A stretch of 64,000 nt of DNA from Corallochytrium limacisporum Hawaii. Its lineage: Eukaryota > Protista > Pluriformea. This document shows, piece after piece, positions 1-11,146 of the stretch. Each line of letters opens with the position of its first letter. Position 1 is the stretch's first letter. The notes beneath the pieces are model-generated. The model made no database searches. It worked only from the letters and a program-made list of their open reading frames with translations, and was not told the origin of the DNA. Made by a program: the position numbers and the translations under genes. The stretch covers positions 2,222 through 66,221 of the forward strand of contig PDIP01000059.1 of the NCBI GenBank assembly GCA_002811645.1, written 5' to 3'.

Positions 1-1283
1 CCGACTACGATGGGAGAGCTTCGTGGTGCAGCAAGCAGGTCTGCACTGATGATGTTATGTATAAAATCAACTTTACTATGCATAGCCCATAGCCCAATGC
101 GTACAAGATCATATTGATTGTTGACGTACACTTCGTTCCATCGAGTCTCGCAGGTCGTGGTGTCAACGGTTCCCGACCGCCCGGTAAAATTTCGCTACTG
201 ACTGCTTAACCGGTACCCCTTGGCTTCCATCTCCACCTCACCGTTGCTGTGGTGTGTGCCAACAGCCACAGGGGAGTTCGGGAGCCGTGCCCATAAAATA
301 GACTCCGATCCTAGTCCCTAGTAAATGTATTGATTCCCTGATTTTCCATACCTTCGAGTATTTGGCTCTATGAGCGACGGCGCAAATAGTCTGCGGTGGT
401 GGGGTGGCGTGACACTAGTGCGCGACCGGGAGGACGCGAGGAGGTGAAATTCCCTATAGTAAATCAATCTAATTTTTTTTCTAAATACGATGTGTCCAAG
501 CGACGAGTCCCAATTTGGGTACGTCCTGCTGCTCCGGTACTGTCGAATGGGAAGGAAGGAACAGTATGGAGACCGAGATGGGGAGGAGGGCGCTCGGAGT
601 CTATTGCTCAGGTAACAATGACCCCGCGGGGAGGGGGGAGGCCGTGAGGGAGAGAGAGAAATGGAAGGAAAGCGAGCGAACCGCAAGAAGCCATACAAAA
701 TATATGGAACTAGGAATCGGAAGGGCTCCACCGAACCAACCTCCCCTTTCACCTGGTTAGCCGGCGACGTCCGCCGGGCATCTTTCCTTTAACACGACGG
801 ACCATCTTCGCTGCCGCCTGCCAATGGAAAAATTAGCGGGAGGGAATCGACAAGGCACCATCAGCTGGGCGTGGGTGATGATATGTGCAAGAAAGTAAAA
901 TATATATACATACATACATATCGGTGGACACTCCGTACTTTCTTTATGAAAATGTATTTTTCTTCACGCAGGGGTGTTGCTCCACTATCCATATATGCAT
1001 CTGAAATCGACGTAGAAGTAACAGCGGAAGGGGCAGCTCCCGCCCCGGGAGGGATGGGGAGTAGGGTAGGGTAGGGTAGGTAGGTAGGTGGAAAGTTGAT
1101 GAGTGGTAGTAAACCAGTAGCCTCAGTAGCGAAAGGAAGACGAGAGAGGCAAGGGGAGGGGTCAACTCCCCGTAAGCCTGGTTTTTACTTCCTGGAAAAC
1201 GAAGGAAAAGGAAGGGCGACGTAAAGGAAAAAATGGCCAACCGTGGACACCCCACGAAGAGGAGCCGAGAAGATGCCTACACT

Positions 1284-1325
1284 AGAGAGAGAGAGAGAGA
1301 GAGAGAGAGCGTGTGTGTGTGTGTG
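1284..1325. repeat. Compound (GA)n(GT)n microsatellite
   Basis: Directly visible dinucleotide runs. Confidence 0.9.
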
Positions 1326-2982
1326 AGTCAGCGAGGAGGAGGCAGATGAAAGGAAAAATTGGATGAGCCACACACACACACCCAAGGGGCTCGTTCGATG
1401 TAAAGAATAACCGCTGGTAGACAAAAGGAAACAAAGAAAAAGAAAGAGAAAAGAAATGAGGGAGGAGCACACAGGGGAACCGTAAAGGTAAAGCAAAACT
1501 CGGGGTAGGAACTGATAGTAACAAAACACACCCTTTTCTGTACCTGTGCACGGGCGAGAATCGATAAAGGAATAAAAATGTGCTTCTCTCTGCCGAGCTT
1601 CCCGCTGTGTCCTCTCTCTCTCTTTTGATCAAGCGCGCGGTAATGGCGGGTACCTTGTCGTGTTCGAATCCGAGCGCACTCGGTATATTTTACAGCGCGT
1701 AAAGTATCACAGAGTCCGAACGCACACATTGGTCGTCCTCAGCTATCGATTAGCAGTGTTGCCATCTGAACCCGTCAAGAAACGGTCACATCCTCTCGAG
1801 AAACCAAAAACCTCAAACGCGCGTGCCGGGCGTTGCATTCCAGCAACGCTGACCGACCACCAAGAGGCTTTATAGTCGCAGTCGCAGCGAGCTTGAAGAA
1901 AACATGTCTAAAGAAAACGGCTCTCCTTCCCCCCCCCCCCAAATACAAGAAGGAGAGAAAAAACCAGTGGAACGAAGATAGACGGGCGGTCACCGTCATC
2001 CCCATCACAACCGGACCTTTCTGAATAGCGTTCGAGGAACAAATCTCGTAGTCAACGGGTTCTAAACAGCCAGTGTACACACCGGGCGCCCCCTCCCACC
2101 TTGTTCGTCTACCTCTCTTCTTCGGTACAAGCGCTGTCCCCCCCCCACCCGGGGAAGGGGTAGCGGTTTCAGCCAATTCCTTGAAAACTGGTAGCGAGAG
2201 GCCTGAACGAAATCTATTGAAACAAGCGCAGCCCCGATTTGCGAAAAGTAGCAGCGCAACGGAATACAACCCCCGATGGATTGTCGTTCCTTCGCCGGCC
2301 CCGCGGGCCTCCCTTCCTGTGCCACCCTCCCTCTCTCTCTCTCTCTCTATCTCTCGCCTCTTACCCTTCGAACGGGCGACTCGTTGGTCTTTTCCCGCCC
2401 GGTCATTCCCAGGCGCATTCCCTACCAAAGTCGCCCTCCGCCCCTCCGTACTTTTTTTTTTCGATGGCGAAAAGAGGGAGGGGCGGTCTCAAGTTCGTTT
2501 TTTTTTTTTGGGTCTGGCCTCATTATCTCTGGCTGGCTGGCGCCTCCACGCTCTCCCTATGCTGGATTGGGCAGTTCATTTTCTATGAGAGCGAGCGCTG
2601 GGGACTCCGTGTCCATATTCGACAACGTTGGTGGGACCTTATCAACCGGGAAACGGGTCCGCCCATCTGTTCCCTTTGTTGTGATATGGACCGACTGGAG
2701 TTTGTGTGCAGTTACGTACGCACTCAATAGGACAGAAACCAAAGGACAATGTCCTCATGACTATTGGTAGAATTGGAATGGACATTGGTGCTATTTCAAA
2801 GGTAAGGTCGATCCCAGAATGGACTATGTAGGATCGTTCCTTATATCCATGAGCGGGACCCACCTTAGAATTATACACTAGAGAATGTTACAGTAAGACA
2901 ATGTGTCATAGCAGGGAATTGTAGCAACAATCTTAGTTGAGCACTCCTCGGTGGTACGTTACGGTTGCAAAGGTCATACAGT

Positions 2983-5900
2983 ATGTCTGACGAATCTCTT
3001 GCACAGAAGCCCAGTATGGGCGACAGGGTGAAGAATATCTTCTCGAGGCAGGTAGACCTCAGCAACTATAAGGTGTCTTTTAACGTTGAGGAAGAAGTGC
3101 ACGGATTTATGCACAGTTTGCCCCCTAATGAAATTACGACGGCCAAGTACAACTTGTTCACTTTCCTTCCAAAGAATCTCTTTGAACAGTACCAGCGGGC
3201 GGCAAATATTTTCTTCACAATCCTCTTCATCATGATGTTTTTCTCAGTCATCAGTCCCTTTAGCCCGATTTCCATGGGTGTACCTTTGATCACTGTGCTG
3301 TTACTGACAGCCATAAAAGATGCCTATGATGACGTGCGTCGCCACAGGCAAGATAAAGAGGTAAATTACCGCCAGTCCCTGAAACTGGTGGACGGCCAAT
3401 GGGAGCCTATTGACTGGAGAGACATCCGCGTCGGAGATATGTTGAAGATTGAGAACGACAAGCCAGTGCCTGCTGACGTGATTATTCTCAACACGAGCGT
3501 CGAAGATTCGGTGTGTTACATTGACACTGCTGAATTGGACGGTGAGACCAATCTCAAGACTCGTGAGGCTGCTCCCATCAAGCCGAAGCCCGTGGAAGTT
3601 GAGGATTTCAAGGGCATACGTATGGTGGTCACCTGCGAACCTCCTAATCATCACTTGTACACATTCAATGGTGTTTGTCAGTACAACGGTGAAGATGTGG
3701 TCACTTCCATTGACAACATACTTCTGCGTGGTTGTGTGCTTCGCAACACTGAGTGGGTGTACGGTTTGGTTGTGTACGCTGGCCCAGAGACGAAATTAAT
3801 GCATAACAACGCCGGCGCGCGATTCAAGCGCACGCAGCTGGATAAGGAGATCAATCGCATCGTGGCGATGATCTTCATTTGGATCATTCTGATTTCGTTG
3901 GGGTCTGCTATTGGTGCGTACGTTTGGGCAGATACCACGAACCAAGACCTTATTGACTTTATTCCCTTCGATGAGGATCTCGATAGCGCCACCTTGACCG
4001 GTATCGGTGCATTCTTTACCTTCTTCATTCTGTACAATACCTTTATTCCTATCTCACTTTATGTGACTGTGGAATTTATAAGAGGCGGTTTGTCAATTCT
4101 CATCAACGTGGATGAAGACATGCGTGATCCGGAGACTGGTAGGACAGCCAATGCCCGCACTACGACTCTGAACGAGGAACTTGGTCAGATTGAATTTATT
4201 TTCAGTGACAAAACCGGCACTCTTACGCAGAATTCTATGGAGTTCAAGAAGGCGTCCGTCGGTGGACGGACCTGGGGTGTCACATCGCAGGAAGTTGTGG
4301 AAAGGGAGAAGAAAGAAAAGGGACTCAAAGATATCGACACTGCGGATGATCTGGCAGACTTCCCGGTACCTGTCGGCAAGGAGGACATGGTTCACATGGA
4401 GGCAGGAAGCAATACCAGTGTGTCGATGAGTCAGCGGAATGGACTCGGCAATGCCGTGGCTCCATCAAATAGCAGAGAAAACCTCCTGACCGAAGAACGC
4501 AGAAAGTCGATCCTGCAAGAGAAGCGGATTAACATGAAGGACTACAATCCCCAGGCCACCGAGGACTTTGAGTGCTATGATGAAGAATTCGTAAGGGAGT
4601 CACTAGATGAGGACGGTGATCCTGGACTGGCGAACTTCTGGACCGCTCTTGCTCTGTGTCACACTGTGCTGGCACAGGAAAAAGAGAACGGCGAGTTGCA
4701 GTACCAGGCCAGCTCGCCAGACGAGGCCGCCTTGGTGGATGCTGCACGAAACTTTGGATACAAGTTCATCAATCGTAATCAGGAGATAATGAAGCTAGAC
4801 GTCAAGGGCAAGATTGTCGAGTACATTCCGCTTAATCTGATCGAGTTCAACTCGGACCGTAAGCGTATGAGTGTCATTGTCAGAAACCCAGAGGGTCAGG
4901 TGGAACTCATCACAAAGGGCGCGGACAGTGTCGTCCTTGCGCGTATGAGTGAGAAGGCACGGGCGATGAACTACGACACAGCATTGGAACATCTTCAGAT
5001 TTTTGCAGCTGATGGTTTGCGTACCCTTGCAGTGGGTCGAAGGATCGTTCCAGAAGCCGAGTACAAGAAATTTGCGGAGGAGTTTAAGGAGGCGTCCATG
5101 GTTATGGGGGATCGTGCGGCAGCGCAGGAGGAAATTGCTGATAAGTTCGAACGTAACCTTGAATACGTCGGATGCACCGCCATCGAGGACAAACTTCAGG
5201 ATGGCGTGCCTGAAACCATTGCTTTGCTTGCTAAAGCTGGAATCAAGCTTTGGGTGCTTACTGGTGACAAGTTAGAGACTGCCATCAACATTGGATACTC
5301 CTGTAACTTGCTTCGCGGTGGTATGGAGCTCTTTGTCTACTCTGAAAAGACTGATGAGCAGATGAAGGAGGAGCTCAAAAAGACGGACCAAGAAATTTCT
5401 GGCCGTGTGTTCCCGCTGCCAGATGGGACAAACTCCCAGGCTCTCATCATCGATGGTCACAGTCTCCTTCATGCCCTTCAACCGGAAAACAAGGAACTGT
5501 TCCTGAAGGTCAGCAAGCAAATGGACTCTGTTATATGCTGCCGTGTGAGTCCGTTGCAAAAGGCTGATGTGGTCCAGCTGGTGAAACCGACCATTGAGGG
5601 CAGTACTCTTGCTATTGGCGACGGAGCCAATGACGTAAGCATGATCCGTGCCGCACACATTGGAGTCGGCATCGCAGGTAAGGAGGGCCGTCAAGCTGTG
5701 CTTGCCAGTGACTATTCATTTGGTCAGTTCCGATTCCTGCAGCGTCTACTACTAGTCCACGGTCGCTGGTCATACATTCGCATGTGTAAATTCTTGCGAT
5801 ACTTCTTCTTCAAAAACTTCGCCTTCACCATGCCCATGTTCTACTTTGCGTTCTGGAATGGGTTCTCCGGCCAGAGCTTCTGGGATGAGTGGGTTGTTAC

Positions 5901-6816
5901 GCTCTTCAACACTACGTTCACTTCACTCCCGATTATTATGGTCGGCGTCTTTGATCAGGACTGCGATGCTGAGACCAGTTTGGCATATCCTCATCTGTAC
6001 GAGGCCGGTCTCCGCAAGGAATTCTTTGATCGGACAAAATTCTTCAGGTCCATCGTCAGATCTATCTATCTGAGTCTGGTGGTCTACTTTATTCCATACT
6101 TCCTCGTTCAGGAGCAGACCACTCTGGACAACGGCTTCCCCTACGACTACGAATTCTGGGCAACCATGACAAGTGGTCTGTTGGTTATGGCCGTCAATGT
6201 GGACCTGATGTACGAGACTCAGTACTGGAACTTCTATGTCTACCTTGGTTACTTCTTGTCTATGGGATCATGGTGGGTTTTGCTCATGCTCGTCCACGCC
6301 ATCCCACCACCCTATGTGGAAGGATTCTATTGGATGCCCATGATTGTCAACGGTACGGGCATCTTCTGGTTGATCCTGTTTGTTGGTATTCCGTTGTCCA
6401 CGGGACCGACCTTCCTTATGCAGTACTACAAGCAGGTGGTAGACCCTGGTCCGAACCAGATCGCTCGTGAAATTATGTTGTACGGCGGTGGTGTCAAGAA
6501 GAAAGGCATTGGGCGCCAGATTAAGAAGAAGCTGGACGACCTACGTGTCAAGATCAACGGTGAGTACACCGAACGTACTGGCTATGCTTTCGCTGCTTCT
6601 GAGGGTGAGACAAACGTGCTACGCCGTGCAAACCGCAATAACAAGCGCTTCCAGTTCTTCCGTAAGAGCAAGGGCAACAACAATATGGGCAGTGTGTCTT
6701 CAACCGGTACCCCGATGGGTGACGGAAATTCCACCTCGGATCTGCCAAACGCGAGTACCCATCCCAACGGCGTGAGGACACAAGGCGCCGCATCCAGCGA
6801 TGACTCACCACAGTAG
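2983..6816 (+). CDS. P4-type ATPase (phospholipid flippase), ATP8A/ATP8B/Drs2-like
   Basis: Single ORF of about 1277 aa from ATG 2983. Motifs: LDGETNLK, PISLYVT (TM4), FSDKTGTLT phosphorylation site, ASSPDEAALV, GDGANDVSMI, C-terminal RTGYAF motif, multiple TM helices. Confidence 0.97.
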   Translation: MSDESLAQKPSMGDRVKNIFSRQVDLSNYKVSFNVEEEVHGFMHSLPPNEITTAKYNLFTFLPKNLFEQYQRAANIFFTILFIMMFFSVISPFSPISMGVPLITVLLLTAIKDAYDDVRRHRQDKEVNYRQSLKLVDGQWEPIDWRDIRVGDMLKIENDKPVPADVIILNTSVEDSVCYIDTAELDGETNLKTREAAPIKPKPVEVEDFKGIRMVVTCEPPNHHLYTFNGVCQYNGEDVVTSIDNILLRGCVLRNTEWVYGLVVYAGPETKLMHNNAGARFKRTQLDKEINRIVAMIFIWIILISLGSAIGAYVWADTTNQDLIDFIPFDEDLDSATLTGIGAFFTFFILYNTFIPISLYVTVEFIRGGLSILINVDEDMRDPETGRTANARTTTLNEELGQIEFIFSDKTGTLTQNSMEFKKASVGGRTWGVTSQEVVEREKKEKGLKDIDTADDLADFPVPVGKEDMVHMEAGSNTSVSMSQRNGLGNAVAPSNSRENLLTEERRKSILQEKRINMKDYNPQATEDFECYDEEFVRESLDEDGDPGLANFWTALALCHTVLAQEKENGELQYQASSPDEAALVDAARNFGYKFINRNQEIMKLDVKGKIVEYIPLNLIEFNSDRKRMSVIVRNPEGQVELITKGADSVVLARMSEKARAMNYDTALEHLQIFAADGLRTLAVGRRIVPEAEYKKFAEEFKEASMVMGDRAAAQEEIADKFERNLEYVGCTAIEDKLQDGVPETIALLAKAGIKLWVLTGDKLETAINIGYSCNLLRGGMELFVYSEKTDEQMKEELKKTDQEISGRVFPLPDGTNSQALIIDGHSLLHALQPENKELFLKVSKQMDSVICCRVSPLQKADVVQLVKPTIEGSTLAIGDGANDVSMIRAAHIGVGIAGKEGRQAVLASDYSFGQFRFLQRLLLVHGRWSYIRMCKFLRYFFFKNFAFTMPMFYFAFWNGFSGQSFWDEWVVTLFNTTFTSLPIIMVGVFDQDCDAETSLAYPHLYEAGLRKEFFDRTKFFRSIVRSIYLSLVVYFIPYFLVQEQTTLDNGFPYDYEFWATMTSGLLVMAVNVDLMYETQYWNFYVYLGYFLSMGSWWVLLMLVHAIPPPYVEGFYWMPMIVNGTGIFWLILFVGIPLSTGPTFLMQYYKQVVDPGPNQIAREIMLYGGGVKKKGIGRQIKKKLDDLRVKINGEYTERTGYAFAASEGETNVLRRANRNNKRFQFFRKSKGNNNMGSVSSTGTPMGDGNSTSDLPNASTHPNGVRTQGAASSDDSPQ

Positions 6817-7474
6817 ATGTGTGCAGAATACGTATCAAAAACAGAAACCGTAGGGAGGAGCATCGTCATTCTCTTATGAATCATTTACATTAAACATGTT
6901 TAGGTAATCGTATAGCTACACCCCGGCACTTGCAGTGCTGTGCGCGGAAAGGATTGGGAGTCCCTTTTCCAAATCTCGGCGCGCCCGCCCTTTTAAGACA
7001 GGAAGGGAGAAACCCCCACTTCCACACCCAGGGGCCCCTCGGCTTGGGGCCGGCTTGGGCCCCCCCCCGGGAGGCGGTGGACAAGGGCCCAAGGAGGCCA
7101 GTAGATGGTTGAACCCGGTTTCCTACTGCTCTGTAGTGCAATGAACCTTGATCACTTACAGTCCTTAGGCTCTCTCTACGACCGCCGAATTACGCCATGT
7201 TGAATGGTTGATAAAGAGAAATGGTTATTGAATGAGATCCAGGGTTCAGGAGTCGATAAGGGTTGCGTGTTAAGAAACACAAAAATAAGCACAGTCTGAT
7301 ACAGCTTAGGGACTCATAGCGGAGTTGCATCCATCCCCTTAGAACAAAGCCTGGAAACAATGTAGCCTCGTCAACATGTAGGGAGAACTTAGTCGTTAAG
7401 ATTGAAAAGAATAGAGCATGGGATGCTATGGTAAAATGCTCTGGTTCGCTCCGTCGTGAACAAAAGAAGAAGAA

Positions 7475-8800
7475 ATGGCAAGAAGTGGGAAGCGGCGCCG
7501 GAGCGACCATGACCCTCCCGTCAAGAGCCCGGAAGATGAGAAGCTGGATTCCACATTACCTGAAGCATTTAACGATGTGGAAATGTTCAACTTGATTGAG
7601 GAAAGCAAGCCGGAGGAAACGCAGGACACTGCAACACAACAGCAGTCAGCAAGGGATGCAGAGTCACCACACTCCGGCAATGGCGTAAAGACAGACGGTA
7701 CCGATACTGCAGGCAGTACAGGACATCATTGGGGGTACATGAAATCGCTGTTAAAGATCGTCCTTCGACAAGGTCCACACATGAACCTCCTGTTACAACC
7801 GATCGATCTGGAAAAGTATCCTGACTACTACGACCTACACCGAGATTCCGACCTACCCTCGGATTTGAGTGACATTGTGACCAGGGTCAACACGGGCGAA
7901 TACGGTGAAGATTTTCACAGATTCGAGACAGACATTACACGACTGTTGCTCTCACGGATACACTTCTTCTCACGGCAGGATCCGGAAAGTATAGAGCACA
8001 ATGAAGCCGCAAAATTAGTGCTGGGTGTATTTCAACGATTGGTTGGCAGCATCAAACGGAAAGCCAGATTTGTAGGGTTTGTGGAGATGAATGGCACGAA
8101 CGGCGGGCACCATGACGTGAGCATGACGGACGAAAACACGAGGGACGATGTCTCACTACAGGACACCGTTGACGTAGAATTGGAGGCGGACGGGAACGAT
8201 GAGACTGACTTTGTCAATCTGTTCTCACTACCCAGGACGGCATCTAAGCACCTACCGCATCTGCACCAACAGGGAGAGCCTTGTGATGGTGGCCTGACCT
8301 ATGCCGCGGCACAGAGGGCCCTGCTGCGCGGGATCTGTTTGCTGTTCCGCGAGAAGGGTGTCGAAAGCGTGTCGAGCACTGCTCTGGATCGCTTGACGGA
8401 AATGGTCGAGAAGCGTACGGAGAGTATTGGACGGCTGTGGGCCAAACTGCGAGAGGAGCATCAGCGGAAGCGGCACAAGGCCCTCAGTGATGGTGATGCT
8501 ATCAACCATATGATGGACGGCGGCGCGATACCTGAGTGGTTGGAGCTACAAACTGTAGGCATGTGGGATGACGAGGAGCTCGAGATCGCGGAAGCGGAGC
8601 ATCAGGAAGAGGCTGTGGAGGAACCTAAGGAGGCCGAATCAAGTGCTGATCTTCAGGGTGACTTCGTGGACCTCACAGGAGACCCCGTGGCCACGAATGA
8701 TCCCACAGTCGAAGACGTCGGCGAAATTGTGGACATCAGCGGTTTGGACCCGCCGGAAATCCACGAATCTCCCGAAGAGATCATAAATGTGACCGGATAG
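7475..8800 (+). CDS. Spt7/SUPT7L-like SAGA subunit (degenerate bromodomain + BTP histone fold)
   Basis: Bromodomain-like segment LLQPIDLEKYPDYY...PSDLSDI...GEY...FETDITRL, then a histone-fold segment ALLRGICLLFREKGVESVSSTALDRLTEMV, then an acidic tail. Confidence 0.65.
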   Translation: MARSGKRRRSDHDPPVKSPEDEKLDSTLPEAFNDVEMFNLIEESKPEETQDTATQQQSARDAESPHSGNGVKTDGTDTAGSTGHHWGYMKSLLKIVLRQGPHMNLLLQPIDLEKYPDYYDLHRDSDLPSDLSDIVTRVNTGEYGEDFHRFETDITRLLLSRIHFFSRQDPESIEHNEAAKLVLGVFQRLVGSIKRKARFVGFVEMNGTNGGHHDVSMTDENTRDDVSLQDTVDVELEADGNDETDFVNLFSLPRTASKHLPHLHQQGEPCDGGLTYAAAQRALLRGICLLFREKGVESVSSTALDRLTEMVEKRTESIGRLWAKLREEHQRKRHKALSDGDAINHMMDGGAIPEWLELQTVGMWDDEELEIAEAEHQEEAVEEPKEAESSADLQGDFVDLTGDPVATNDPTVEDVGEIVDISGLDPPEIHESPEEIINVTG

Positions 8801-9102
8801 CAGTTTGGTTGCTTGGCCCTTTATTGCCCGTTTGGATATACTCCCTCTGCTTCATGCACAATTCAACCGACAAAACAAAAACTTAAGAGACGGAATATTC
8901 TTTGCCTTCAAACCATGTGCGAGTTTTCTGCATCAATTGTTTGGTTATTATAATTACATGTAGTGCAAAATGAGGACGTCAAAATGATTTGCCTCGGAGC
9001 TGGGAAAGAGCAATGACATCCCATAAACTTGAATGTTCGCGTGATGTACGGCTTTGACCCCGAGAGCCGTGAGTGTTTTGTATTCCATGCCAGGTTCAAA
9101 AT

Positions 9103-9396
9103 TCACTCCCAGGGAGCAGCAATGATAATGATGACAGCAATGAAGATCAGGACCAGAACAACCAACATGACGTTGAATTTCATGTTGCGGTACCACATCT
9201 TGCGCTTCAGGCGCTTGCTGGTGGTCTGGAAGCGATCTGCTCCGTCGCGCAAGGCCTCAGTCTTGTCGTCGAGGTTCTGCAGGTTCTCCTCGCGCTCCAG
9301 CACCTTGCTCATGTTCTGCTTCATCTGGTCCACGACACCATCGACCTCCTGCTGGGTCTGCTGGAGATTGTCGTTGGGTGGAGGCACGTCAGACAT
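9103..9396 (-). CDS. Synaptobrevin/VAMP R-SNARE (brevin type, no longin domain)
   Basis: LQQTQQEVDGVVDQMKQNMSKVLEREENLQNLDDKTEAL SNARE coil with zero-layer Arg, KRKMWY juxtamembrane motif and C-terminal TM helix. Confidence 0.96.
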   Translation of the reverse strand: MSDVPPPNDNLQQTQQEVDGVVDQMKQNMSKVLEREENLQNLDDKTEALRDGADRFQTTSKRLKRKMWYRNMKFNVMLVVLVLIFIAVIIIIAAPWE

Positions 9397-9660
9397 GGTG
9401 GTAGTTTATTGTGTTTGACTAGGACTGGTGTTCTTTACGGTTACCCGGGAAGTTTCCTGTACAGTGTCTACGATTCAACATTTTGACTTTCATACTCAAC
9501 AAGAGATCAATGGTGTTTCATACCTTGAAGACCCTGCCAACCATGCGTCAAAACACACACGTACTCATGAACACCAAAAGCATATCAATCGCAACTAAGA
9601 CCTCACCAAAACGGCAACATGAATGAAAACTTCAGACGCCGGTACAACAACCCCCCCCCC

Positions 9661-9955
9661 NNNNNNNNNNNNNNNNNNNNNNNNNNNNNNNNNNNNNNNN
9701 NNNNNNNNNNNNNNNNNNNNNNNNNNNNNNNNNNNNNNNNNNNNNNNNNNNNNNNNNNNNNNNNNNNNNNNNNNNNNNNNNNNNNNNNNNNNNNNNNNNN
9801 NNNNNNNNNNNNNNNNNNNNNNNNNNNNNNNNNNNNNNNNNNNNNNNNNNNNNNNNNNNNNNNNNNNNNNNNNNNNNNNNNNNNNNNNNNNNNNNNNNNN
9901 NNNNNNNNNNNNNNNNNNNNNNNNNNNNNNNNNNNNNNNNNNNNNNNNNNNNNNN
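9661..9955. other. Assembly gap (295 N) flanked by poly-C tracts
   Basis: Run of N in the sequence. Confidence 0.99.
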
Positions 9956-10142
9956 CCTCCCCTCCCTCTTTCGCACTCCCCCCACCACCCCCCTCCCCTT
10001 CCTTCAGCCTTCGCCTCGCCTCCATTCGCTGCCCCGCCCGTGGCTCCGGCACCCCAACGAGCGCGGTCGCTACTGTCTCAGCCTCTTCCGCAGAACAACA
10101 CCCGCTTAGCTAGGGGGGCCCAGGTGTGTGTTGCAGGCTTTT

Positions 10143-10145
<3 letters not shown>

Positions 10146-10176
<31 letters not shown>
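10146..10176. repeat. (TG)n microsatellite
   Basis: Directly visible. Confidence 0.9.
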
Positions 10177-10177
<1 letters not shown>

Positions 10178-11090
10178 TCCTTTTCTTTAGGTTCTATTTT
10201 TTTTTGTTTTTTTTTGTTGGTTCGTTCCCGTCCGTGGAAGTGTTGGCCCCGTGGTGGTCGTTCATGCAAACCCCCCCGGGGTCCTCCTCTCTCCCTCCTC
10301 CCCTATTTGTCTCCTTGCGGACGGTCCATACGTTTGCTATGATGATCTTTGGGAACAAAAGTTGAAAAAAGAGGGACTCGTCGTTCCCGGCTCTTCCGCC
10401 CTTCTCCCCGCTCGCTGGGGGGAGAGGGGGCAAAGGGCGCGCCAGGGGTGTAGGAAAGATACCGATTCATCTATGATTCAAGCACGCAAGGGCAATGGTT
10501 AACTTTTCCTCGTATTCTTTTTGGGAGAGAGAGAGAGAGACAGAGATGCGCGATAAGGAACCATAGAAGAAGTAGAACATTGTGGAAATTCACAAGTAGA
10601 GTTTATTTTTTTTGGCCCCCCCCCGGGGCCTGGGGAGAGGGGGAGGGAGGAGGAGGAGCAAATTGGCAGATGGCATGGCTTGCACGCATTGCGTGCCTGT
10701 GTGTTTTGGTGAGGCGTGACGTACGGTCGTTTCCGTTAATTACCCCTCTCTCTCTGTCGCTCTCTCTGTATTCCGTGCCTCTGTGCGGTGCCCGGCTCCC
10801 CAGTGGACCAGTCAGTACCAAAAGGAATACAAAAATAGAGGAAAACGACGCAGTTCTTCCTAAAAAAGCCAATGGCTCTCTCTCTCTCTCTCCATTTCTC
10901 TCTGTTTTTTTTGGGCAAAGCCCATGGGTGCACCACCACCACCAATGGCTCCCCTTTCTTGTTCTTTTTTTTTAAGAATCGACGACGTTCTCTCATATTT
11001 TATTTTTTAGTCTTCCTTTTTCCTGGGACTCTCTGTCCCTCATTGTCGCGAGGCTTACCCGCTGCGCCGTACAAAAAGTATTTCTTTTTC

Positions 11091-11093
<3 letters not shown>

Positions 11094-11141
<48 letters not shown>
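11094..11141. repeat. (GA)n microsatellite, about 24 units
   Basis: Directly visible. Confidence 0.95.

Positions 11142-11146
<5 letters not shown>

Noticed and set aside
1-92. Possible 3' end of an upstream gene (DYDGRASWCSKQVC...MHSP*)
   Set aside because: Too short to support from this window alone.
1630-1685. GTTCGAATCC T-loop/B-box-like motif (similar motif near 25126)
   Set aside because: No T-stem, acceptor stem or cloverleaf can be formed, so it is not a tRNA.
8908-9102. Open frame continuing in-frame after the VAMP TGA (possible readthrough)
   Set aside because: The stop context TGA-ATT is not a known leaky one, I see no SECIS, and VAMP is complete at its TM end.
9603-10342. ORFs spanning the N gap
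   Set aside because: Artefacts of translating Ns and low-complexity flanks.
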